Positions 21,198 through 29,086 of a stretch of DNA of 64,000 nucleotides are shown in pieces. The notes beneath the pieces are model-generated. The model was not told the DNA's origin and searched no databases. It was given only the letters and a program-made list of their open reading frames with translations. Within the stretch, counting starts at the first letter, position 1. The number at the start of each line of letters is the position of its first letter. Both the position numbers and the translations under genes were made by a program. The DNA is from an uncultured Ruminococcus sp. (lineage in GTDB: Bacteria > Bacillota > Clostridia > Oscillospirales > CAG-272), in NCBI GenBank assembly GCA_964434325.1, contig CAYSUO010000003.1, positions 7,701 through 71,700 of the forward strand. The letters run 5' to 3'.

Positions 21198-21465
21198 GCG
21201 GCGCGGATAGACGAGAGGGAAAGACGAAGCGAGGCGGACGCGGTGGAGCATTGAGAGAGAAAAAGAGGAAGCAAGCTAAGTGTGCGGCGCGGAGTGAAAA
21301 GCTAACGCAAGAGGCTGGCGGGAAATCGAAGCCGCCCGCAGCGCACCGCCAAAGCCCGCGAAGCAAAAGCTCACCTCACCGAAGCCGCCCACGGCGCGGA
21401 TAGACGAGAACGAAAGACGAAACGAGGCGAGCACGGCGGTGCATTGAGAAGAAAGAGAAAAGAGC
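21198..21465. repeat. degenerate ~70-bp direct repeat pair
   Basis: GGCGCGGATAGACGAGA..GAAAGACGAA.CGAGGCG...GCATTGAGA at ~21200 and ~21393. Confidence 0.6.
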
Positions 21466-21597
21466 CGCGGCTCTAAGCTATACGCGAGGGCTTCTTTTTT
21501 CCTCTCGCGAGCAAGAATTGTGCTCCCCTGCGAGGGGCTTACAAAGCGCCGTTTTTCCGCGAGGGCTTTAAGGGAAGGCTCTGCGCTTCCCTCTCGC

Positions 21598-22785
21598 TCA
21601 CCAATAGAGCTTCCACGCGGGGTCTAACATTCTATGGAGCGCTTCCATATAGAAGTAATCGCCCCAAATATTCATCTCGTCCACCCCGTTATTCTGCGGT
21701 CTGCCATAGGTGGCGTGCAGGAGGAGCCCGTTCGCCTCGGGGACGTCCTTGGTGAGATAGCCGTCTATCAGGGAGTTCATTATCCGCTTTGTCGCGTTGA
21801 CGTAGGTTTCGCGCAAGGGATCGCTCTCGCTCATATACTTTATGCCTTCGAGCATACCGCAAAGGGCGATGGCTGCCGACGAGGAGTCCTTCGGCTCACC
21901 GTCTCCATCTACAAACGAGAGATCCCAATAGGCGATATAGTCCTTCGGGAGATGATTAAGATAATAGTTCGTTGTCGCCTTAAAGACGGCGAGGGCTTTT
22001 TCGTCCTTCTTATAGACGTAGGTAAGGAGGGGACCGTATATCCCCCACGTTTGCCCGCGAGCCCACGCGGACTCATCGGATGCGCCCTGCGCCGTAACGC
22101 CCTTTTTGGGGGCTCCTGTTTCGGGGTCAAAATAGAAGGTATGATAGGTGCTGGCATCGGGGCGGCAACAGACCTCGACGGTGGTTTTAAAATGCTTATA
22201 GGCGACGGTGGCGTACTTCTCGTCTCCCGTCACCTCGCTCGCCCAATAGAGGAGCGGGATATTCAAGAGGCAATCGACGATGAGGCGATACGAGGCGGGG
22301 TCATCGACTCTGCCCCACGCTTGAAGGAACTCGCCCTTCTCCTTATAGCGCCCCATGAGATTATCCGCCGCGAGGAGGGCGGCGCGCTTCGCTTCCTCAC
22401 AGCCCGTCAGCTTATAGGCGGCGACGCACGAGGGGGTATAGAGGAAGCCCATATCGTGGTGATCGACGCCGAGCTTATTTTCTATTCGATGAAGGAAGCT
22501 GGGAACGTGCCCGAGGGCGGCGGCTTTATATTTTTCATTGCCCGTGAGCTCGAAGGCATGCCATAAAATGCCCGTCCAAAATCCGTTATTCCAGCCGTCG
22601 TCATTCTCGACGGCGGGATAGACGTTATTGACGCTGGCGTGGTCTGGAAATTTGCCTTTAAGGTCAACTATCGCGAAGTCAATCTTTTTTAGCGCCTCGG
22701 CGAGGGCATATTCAAGCTTTTCCCTTTTCAGCTCGAAGGCGGAATATTTTTCTGGGTCGGCAATTTTGGGGATATTCGGAAGCAT
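21598..22785 (-). CDS. glycoside hydrolase family 88 (unsaturated glucuronyl hydrolase)
   Basis: GWNNGFWTGILW, HHDMGFLY, IVDCLLNIPLL, WARGQTWGIYG, DSSSAAI, WGDYFYMEAL; AAGGAG RBS before MLPNIP. Confidence 0.92.
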   Translation of the reverse strand: MLPNIPKIADPEKYSAFELKREKLEYALAEALKKIDFAIVDLKGKFPDHASVNNVYPAVENDDGWNNGFWTGILWHAFELTGNEKYKAAALGHVPSFLHRIENKLGVDHHDMGFLYTPSCVAAYKLTGCEEAKRAALLAADNLMGRYKEKGEFLQAWGRVDDPASYRLIVDCLLNIPLLYWASEVTGDEKYATVAYKHFKTTVEVCCRPDASTYHTFYFDPETGAPKKGVTAQGASDESAWARGQTWGIYGPLLTYVYKKDEKALAVFKATTNYYLNHLPKDYIAYWDLSFVDGDGEPKDSSSAAIALCGMLEGIKYMSESDPLRETYVNATKRIMNSLIDGYLTKDVPEANGLLLHATYGRPQNNGVDEMNIWGDYFYMEALHRMLDPAWKLYW

Positions 22786-22938
22786 AGCTTTCTCTCCTTT
22801 TGCATATTCTACACAGATTGTAGCATTTTTTTCGGCGGATGTCAAGAGCTTTCGGCGCTTTGCTTTCTGCTCTTGCGCGGGCTTCGCGGCGTTGGGTGAG
22901 GCGATTTGAGCTTAGGGGTATATTTTTTCAGGAGATTT

Positions 22939-22967
22939 GAATAAGCCTTGCGTTTTTCGGCAAAAAT
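22939..22967 (+). promoter_or_regulatory. putative sigmaF-type promoter of spoIIR
   Basis: GAATA-15 bp-GGCAAAAAT resembles the forespore sigmaF/G consensus. Confidence 0.45.
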
Positions 22968-23001
22968 CAAGCGTGAAAAAACAAAAATGAGGAAAAAAAC
23001 A

Positions 23002-23571
23002 ATGAAGAAGCTATTTTTACCCGTTCTATCCCTTCTCGCCGCAGCGCTAATAATGGCGGCGCTCCCCACGGAAGCCGAAGCGGCGATATACGACGACACG
23101 GTGCGCCTACATATCCTCGCCAATTCCGACAGCGCCGAGGATCAGGCCTTGAAGCTTCTGCTTCGCGACGCGCTCCTCGAAGAATACGGCGCGCTCCTTC
23201 GCGACGCCGAGGGGGCAGACGAGGCGGCGGCGCTCATTTCCGCGCGCCTTAGCGAGATAGAGGAATTTGCGGTGTGCGTACTTTCGGCGCGCGGCTCGGG
23301 CTACGCGGTGCGCGCGGAGCTCACCGAGGAACGGTACGAAACGAGGAGCTACGAGGGCTTCACCCTGCCGCGAGGGAGCTACCTCTCCTTGAAGATAACG
23401 ATAGGGGCTGGGAGCGGGCACAACTGGTGGTGCGTTATGTTTCCGCCGCTCTGCCTCGACGCCGCGAGCTCCGACGCTGGGTACAGCGACGAGGAGCAGG
23501 CGCTCATCGCGGGGGGAAAATACCGCGTTAAATTCAAGCTTTTGGAGCTCGCCTCGGAAATATTCGATTGA
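23002..23571 (+). CDS. spoIIR: stage II sporulation protein R
   Basis: signal peptide, RLHILANSDSAEDQALKL, GSGHNWWCVMFPPLC. Confidence 0.93.
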   Translation: MKKLFLPVLSLLAAALIMAALPTEAEAAIYDDTVRLHILANSDSAEDQALKLLLRDALLEEYGALLRDAEGADEAAALISARLSEIEEFAVCVLSARGSGYAVRAELTEERYETRSYEGFTLPRGSYLSLKITIGAGSGHNWWCVMFPPLCLDAASSDAGYSDEEQALIAGGKYRVKFKLLELASEIFD

Positions 23572-23700
23572 CGGCACGGAAATTGATTTCAAAACGAATA
23601 TGCAAGATGAACTATTATTTGTTTTATAAGGCGCAAGCCCTTAATTTGATATTGAGTTGGACTTAATGAATAACCGCACAAAATTTGATTTCGTAAATTT

Positions 23701-23749
23701 TCAGACTAAACGCAACTTTAAATTGCACTGTTGCATTTACATTGAGAAT
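23701..23749. repeat. family D palindromic repeat copy 1
   Basis: TCAGACTAAAYGCAACTT-N-ACTGTTGCATTT.C.TTGAGAAT; 39/49 identical to 61281..61329. Confidence 0.65.
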
Positions 23750-23921
23750 TACTGAAAAATTGCTTTTCGCGCTTCGGGCGGCGGGATTTTCGTGCTTAGC
23801 GCGAGTTAGCGCGGTTTTTCCGTGCTTTCCGTGCTTAGCACGGCGGGGGCTTGATTTTCTCGCGCAAACGTGATAGAATAGAAAGCGGCTTATCCAAAAG
23901 CGAGGAACGGAGGAAAACGAG

Positions 23922-24401
23922 ATGGCGGAGAAGACGACGGGCGACAAGACAATCGCCGAAAACAGAAAAGCGCGGCACGACTACTTCGTGGTTGAGAGCT
24001 ACGAGGCGGGCATTGAGCTTTTCGGCACCGAGGTCAAATCGGTGCGCGCGGGAAGCGTCAATCTCAAAGACTCCTACTGCGAGGTGGAGGGCGGCGAGCT
24101 TTTCGCGCTCGGCATACATATAAGCCCCTACGAACAGGGGAACATTTTCAACAAAGACCCTCTGCGCCCGAAGAAGCTACTTATGCACAAGCGCGAGATA
24201 ATGAAGCTTGCGGGGCTCGTTTCCCGCGAGGGGTACACCCTCATTCCGCTCTCGCTCTACTTCAAGGGCTCCCACGTCAAGCTTTCGCTCGGGCTCTGCA
24301 AGGGCAAGAAGCTCTACGACAAGCGCGACGATATTGCGCGGCGCGACGCGGACCGCGACATTGAACGGCATTTGAAATCGAAGAACGAGATAAAATTCTA
24401 A
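23922..24401 (+). CDS. smpB: SsrA-binding protein
   Basis: [38 protein letters not shown]. Confidence 0.97.
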   Translation: MAEKTTGDKTIAENRKARHDYFVVESYEAGIELFGTEVKSVRAGSVNLKDSYCEVEGGELFALGIHISPYEQGNIFNKDPLRPKKLLMHKREIMKLAGLVSREGYTLIPLSLYFKGSHVKLSLGLCKGKKLYDKRDDIARRDADRDIERHLKSKNEIKF

Positions 24402-24436
24402 AACGCGAATATTTCAGGGTTATTTTTTTAAAAAAA

Positions 24437-24506
24437 CACGGTAGAAGCAGAGTTCTTTCTTTACTTCTACCGTTTTTCGTTCGGCTTTACTAAATGCGAC
24501 AGCCTC
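24437..24506 (+). repeat. repeat family A partial copy
   Basis: CACGGTAGAAGC...CTTCTACCGT...CTAAATGCGACAGCCTC. Confidence 0.75.
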
Positions 24507-24644
24507 GCTCTAATTTTGTGCCGTGATTTTTCAATACCCTCATCAAGCCACCCAAATGGCGCATAGCTTACAGACAGGCAAAAATGCAAATACGCTTCGG
24601 GGCAAAGCCCAGTTCCGTCAAAGCCTATACCTGCAAACGTGGGC

Positions 24645-25541
24645 TTAGTAAAGCCCCGTTCCGTCAAAGGCGGGGACGAAGGCGGATGACGCCGTTCCCC
24701 ACTCTTGGACGAAGGCTTGAACGACTCCGATGCGCTCCGCGTAGCTCACCAGCTCGCGGTATTCCTCGCGCGTCAAGGTGCGGTCAAGGGGCTTTGGGAG
24801 CCCTGCGCGCGGGGTATACTGATTCATCAGGCTGAAAAAGACCCCGTTTCCGTAGCGCTCAAAGAGGCTTTTCAGCGTTAGCTTAGCTTCCGCGACGTGA
24901 GACGGGAGCTCCAAGATACGAATTATGACGCCCTCGCGCATTATGCCGTTTTCAATAATGGGGTCGGGGTGCTGGCGCACCATTTCGTCAATCGCCGCCA
25001 AGGCGACGCGCGGGTAGCTCGGGGCGGCGGAGCAGGTGCGCGCCGTTTCCGAGCGCCAATACTTGAAATCGGGGAGATAGATATCGGCGAGCCCCAAATA
25101 GGCGCGAATGTTATCCGCGGTATCGTATGAGCCCGTGTTATAGACGATGGGGATACTGAGCCCGCGAGCGCGAGCGGCGACGATACTCTCGCGGACGCTC
25201 GGCGAAAAGTGCGTCGCCGTCACGAGGTTGATATTATGCGCGCCCTTCGCTTGGAGCGCGAGCATTATCTCGGAAAGGCGCTCGACGGAGAGTTCCACGC
25301 CCTGTGGCGCCCGCGATATCTCCGCGTTTTGGCAGAAGATACAGGAGAGGGAGCAACCCGAAAAGAAGATGGCGCCCGAGCCGCGCTCGCCCGAGATGGG
25401 AGGCTCTTCCCCGAAGTGGAGCGCGGCGCGAGCGGCGCGCATTGTGGCGCCCGAGGCGCAAAAACCGAGCTCGCCCGCGAGGCGATTGACGCGGCAGAGG
25501 CGGGCGCAAAGCTGACAGCACTTATATTCGGAAAGAGACAT
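24645..25541 (-). CDS. radical SAM protein, PflX-like
   Basis: CQLCARLC, HFGEEPPISG, CSLSCIFCQN CxxxCxxC motif, GAHNINLVT, DIYLPDFKY. Confidence 0.88.
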   Translation of the reverse strand: MSLSEYKCCQLCARLCRVNRLAGELGFCASGATMRAARAALHFGEEPPISGERGSGAIFFSGCSLSCIFCQNAEISRAPQGVELSVERLSEIMLALQAKGAHNINLVTATHFSPSVRESIVAARARGLSIPIVYNTGSYDTADNIRAYLGLADIYLPDFKYWRSETARTCSAAPSYPRVALAAIDEMVRQHPDPIIENGIMREGVIIRILELPSHVAEAKLTLKSLFERYGNGVFFSLMNQYTPRAGLPKPLDRTLTREEYRELVSYAERIGVVQAFVQEWGTASSAFVPAFDGTGLY

Positions 25542-25564
25542 GGGAGACCTCCCTCAAAAAAACA

Positions 25565-25593
25565 TTGACATAAAAAGGTTTACGTGCTATACT
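25565..25593 (+). promoter_or_regulatory. sigmaA promoter of dCMP deaminase
   Basis: TTGACA-17 bp-TATACT with TG extension. Confidence 0.7.
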
Positions 25594-25668
25594 ATATAAA
25601 ATGGAACACGAGGCGAAGCGCTTTCGGCTTCGCGAAAACAAGCCGCGCGGCGGCATATGGAGGTTGCT

Positions 25669-26166
25669 ATGTCCGAAAAGAGAACGGGCTACATAAGCTG
25701 GAACGAATATTTTATGGGAGTCGCCCTTCTGGCGGCGGAGCGCTCGAAGGACCCGAACACCCAGGTTGGCGCTTGCCTCATCGACGAGAGCAATCGCATT
25801 TTATCGACGGGCTACAACGGCTTTCCACAGGGGTGCTCGGACGACGATTTCCCCTGGAACAGGGACGCGGAGCGCGGAGAGACGAAGTATCCCTTCGTTG
25901 TTCACGCGGAGCTCAACGCGATACTCAACGCGCGCGGCGCCTCTCTCGTCGGCTCGCGGCTCTACGTGGGGCTCTTCCCCTGCAACGAATGTGCGAAGGC
26001 GATAATTCAGGCGGGGGTGCGCGAGGTGATATACCTTTCGGACAAATACAGGGACACGCCGATGACGCGCGCCTCGCGAAGAATGCTCGAAGCGGCGGGA
26101 GTCAAGCTTTCGCAATTGAAGCCTTCGCGCTCGCAAATTGTTTTAAATTTTGATATTGAGAAATAA
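25669..26166 (+). CDS. dCMP deaminase family protein
   Basis: RSKDPNTQVGAC, GYNG, HAELNA, PCNECAK zinc motifs; GGAGG RBS. Confidence 0.93.
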   Translation: MSEKRTGYISWNEYFMGVALLAAERSKDPNTQVGACLIDESNRILSTGYNGFPQGCSDDDFPWNRDAERGETKYPFVVHAELNAILNARGASLVGSRLYVGLFPCNECAKAIIQAGVREVIYLSDKYRDTPMTRASRRMLEAAGVKLSQLKPSRSQIVLNFDIEK

Positions 26167-26174
26167 TTCTCGTT

Positions 26175-26204
26175 AAAATGCGGCGAAAATTTCGCCGCAT
26201 TTTT
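26175..26204 (+). terminator. intrinsic terminator after dCMP deaminase
   Basis: AAAATGCGGCGAA-aat-TTCGCCGCATTTTT. Confidence 0.7.
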
Positions 26205-26449
26205 AATTTTGCTTAGCCGAAGCATTGCTTCGGTGTTACGAGGGTGTATTTATACTATGCGTGCCACGGCGGACAGGACGCGCTGCTCTTATTTATGCGT
26301 GCTTTGGGAACGGGGCGCGCTGTTTTTTGTGTATTCTATTGTTTTTGCGGGCAATGGTGCGCCGATTTTCGCGCATTGTATTTAGGCGAGAGGCGATTTT
26401 TCGTTCATTCGCGCTTAGCTCGGTGCCGCAATGCTCCGCTCGGGGGCGA

Positions 26450-27604
26450 TTAGGGCTCGGGAATACCAAAATACTTGCGAATGGCGGAGAGGGGTGCGCC
26501 GAAGCTGCCTTGAAGCGCCTCGGGCTTACCGCCGCCGCGCCCCGCGAGGCGCAAATTCATATCGCCCGCGAGCTGGCGAAGGTCAACGCTATGGGAGACA
26601 ATGAGGTATTTGAGCGCGCCCTCCTCACCCGCGAGGAGGACGAGGATACCGCCGACGCGAGGCGCGGCGGCGTTTGCCAGCACGCGAAGCTCGTCCACAG
26701 AGGCGGTGCGGCAATGGAGGAGCGCGTTTCTCGCCGTCGTCTCTATCTCATTGGCGCGATGGAGAAGAAGCTCCTCGCGCGCCGACTTGACGCGGAGGCG
26801 AAGCTCCTCGCAATCGGAAAGGAGCTTTTCGACGCCGCCGACGAGCTCATCGCGCGGGACGGAGAGCGCCGCGGAGACGCGCCTTATCATCTCGTGCTGG
26901 GCGCGGCTCTCACGCAAGGCGCGATAGCCTGCGGAGAGGGTTATGCGAGTCCCGCCGCGGTGGGGGACGAAATCGACGAGGCGAATGATACCCACCTCGC
27001 CTGTTTGGCGGACGTGGGGCGCACAGCAGGCGCAAGCGTCGTAGCTCCCTATCGTGACGATGCGGACGTTTTCGGTGATATCAAGCTTGGAGCGGTATTC
27101 CAGCTTGGGAAGTTCTTCGGGTGCGGGGTACGAGACCTCGACGGCGACGTTTTCAAAAACGGCGCGATTGGCGGCGAGCTCCGCGCGAATTATATCTTCC
27201 CTTTCCAGCTTCACGTTGACGTCGAGGGTGACGAGCTCGCGACCGAGATGAAACCCGACGTTGTCACAACCGTAGAAGGAATGGAGAATCCCCGAAACTA
27301 TATGCTCCGCTGTGTGGCACTGCATTTTTTCAAAGCGGTCCTCGAAATCGACGCGCCCGACGACGGAAGCGCCGACGGGGAGGTTTTTTTCGACGAGGTG
27401 GACGACGTTCCCGCCACGCTCCACGACGGAGAGGACGCGACTTTCGCCGAGGGTACCTTCGTCGCTATACTGTCCGCCCTCCTCGGGAAAGAAGGCGGTG
27501 CGGTCAAGGGTGACTTCATAGCCCGCCTTGGCGGGCACACAGGAGGTGACCGTGGCGGTAAATTCCTTGATGTAGGCGTCGCGGTAGTAGAGCTTTTCGG
27601 TCAT
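26450..27604 (-). CDS. alanyl-tRNA editing protein (AlaX-like) with DHHA1 domain
   Basis: TEKLYYRD, FPEEGGQYSD, HTAEH, CACCAPH, C-terminal GRGGGK. Confidence 0.88.
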   Translation of the reverse strand: MTEKLYYRDAYIKEFTATVTSCVPAKAGYEVTLDRTAFFPEEGGQYSDEGTLGESRVLSVVERGGNVVHLVEKNLPVGASVVGRVDFEDRFEKMQCHTAEHIVSGILHSFYGCDNVGFHLGRELVTLDVNVKLEREDIIRAELAANRAVFENVAVEVSYPAPEELPKLEYRSKLDITENVRIVTIGSYDACACCAPHVRQTGEVGIIRLVDFVPHRGGTRITLSAGYRALRESRAQHEMIRRVSAALSVPRDELVGGVEKLLSDCEELRLRVKSAREELLLHRANEIETTARNALLHCRTASVDELRVLANAAAPRVGGILVLLAGEEGALKYLIVSHSVDLRQLAGDMNLRLAGRGGGKPEALQGSFGAPLSAIRKYFGIPEP

Positions 27605-28314
27605 CGTTCGGGCTCTCTTTCGCTTAGTTTATAGTCGCCTTCCGAGAAAAGAGACCAGGGGTATTGGTCAAGGGGCGGGAAGGCGGAGAAGGAATACTTT
27701 TTACCCCAGAGGGAAAATTCCAGCCGATGCGAAAAGAGGGCGGGGGTGCGCGCCGCGAGGTCACGGGCGCCGTACTTCTTATCGCCGACGAGGGTGAGGG
27801 AGCGCGAGGAGAGCTGGGCGCGGATCTGATGAAATCTGCCCGTTTTAAGCTCGAGCTCGACGAGGGCGCGAGCGCCGCTCTCCGTTTCGCACCGAGCGCG
27901 GACGAGGTATGAGAGCTCCGCGTATTTGGCGCCGCGCGCCGAGGGGGGAGCGACGAAGCTTTTCATCGCGGCGGGATCGCGACGAAGGAAGTCCTTCATC
28001 GTTCCCGCGGCATCTTGCGGCACGCCTTCCGTTACGGCGAGATAGGTCTTTTTGATCTTCCCTTCGGCGACGAGGCGCGAGAGTTCGGCGGCGCTTTTCG
28101 GCGTTCTGGCAAAGAGCATAACACCGCCGACGACGCGATCGAGGCGGTGCACCTGCCAGAGCTCGGGGCGCTCGCCCGAGGCTTTGAGCGCTTCCGCCGT
28201 CAGGGTGAGGGCGTTCGGCTCCCCTGCGGGGTCTCCCTCGGAGAGAATGCCGACGGGCTTTTCGATGACCGCGAAATCGCGGTCCTTATAAATCATTCTT
28301 ATCATATCAATCAT
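27601..28314 (-). CDS. RluA family pseudouridine synthase
   Basis: KPVG, VHRLDRVVGG catalytic motif, TGRFHQIR, GDKKYG. Confidence 0.92.
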   Translation of the reverse strand: MIDMIRMIYKDRDFAVIEKPVGILSEGDPAGEPNALTLTAEALKASGERPELWQVHRLDRVVGGVMLFARTPKSAAELSRLVAEGKIKKTYLAVTEGVPQDAAGTMKDFLRRDPAAMKSFVAPPSARGAKYAELSYLVRARCETESGARALVELELKTGRFHQIRAQLSSRSLTLVGDKKYGARDLAARTPALFSHRLEFSLWGKKYSFSAFPPLDQYPWSLFSEGDYKLSEREPER

Positions 28315-28389
28315 ACAAAACGGCTATTCAAGGAGAATGCGGCGAAAAGATTCGCCGCATTTACAGCACCTATTCTTATTTGAGGCGCG

Positions 28390-28989
28390 CTATTTATGCT
28401 CGCGCTTAGCGCCACTGCGGGCGGCGATGCCGAGAAGCGTGACGATGGCGGGAGCGAGCAGGACGTTGAGCCCGAGCTCGAAGAGGAAGTTGCCCCCTGC
28501 GAGACCGAGGAATATATAGCTTGTGGCGTTCGCAAATCCGTAGGCGGCCGCCCATTCCGAGACGAGTTCCCAGAAGAAGAGGCGACAGCCGACGAGGAAT
28601 ACCCCTGTATTGACGACGGGGGAAACGACGGCGGCGGCGTAGACGGCGAGGTATTTATTGGTGCGAACGAGGAGCGCATAGACGAGCCCCGAGGCGAGAC
28701 CTGCCAGAACGCCCTTGACGAGGACGGTGACGACCGTGCCGAAGGGGTTGAAGGTCAAGAAGGCGGCGGCGTCTCCCGTGGCGAAGACCATGGCGGCGAA
28801 GACGAGCCCGAGCCAGGCACCCGCGAGGGGACCGCAGAGGGCGGCGCCGACGATGATGGGGAGAAGGACGAGGGAGACGGAGAAGGGGCCGAAGTGAATA
28901 AACCCGCCGAGGAATTGAAGGACGACGACGAGCGCCGTCATCAGCGAGAGATACGTCAGTTTTCTTATATCGAAGGTTTTTTTGCGCAT
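28390..28989 (-). CDS. ECF transporter S component (PanT-like)
   Basis: six hydrophobic helices, LVLLPIIVGAALCGPLAGAWLG, SPVVNTG; own TTGACA-17-TACACT promoter. Confidence 0.8.
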   Translation of the reverse strand: MRKKTFDIRKLTYLSLMTALVVVLQFLGGFIHFGPFSVSLVLLPIIVGAALCGPLAGAWLGLVFAAMVFATGDAAAFLTFNPFGTVVTVLVKGVLAGLASGLVYALLVRTNKYLAVYAAAVVSPVVNTGVFLVGCRLFFWELVSEWAAAYGFANATSYIFLGLAGGNFLFELGLNVLLAPAIVTLLGIAARSGAKREHK

Positions 28990-29086
28990 TATGAGCTCCA
29001 ATGTGTGAATTGCGGGCGCGCCCGCGAGATGTGTGTATTAAGTGTAGCACATTATTTCCGTTTTGTCAACCTTTTTCGGGAAGGCT

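Noticed and set aside
24402-24644. tmRNA (ssrA) expected next to smpB
   Set aside because: No tRNA-like 5' end or tag reading frame was recognised; the region holds a family A repeat and a gene-end duplication
29001-29086. Vitamin riboswitch upstream of the ECF S component
   Set aside because: The promoter is only ~50 bp from the start, and the leader has one small hairpin with no known aptamer motif
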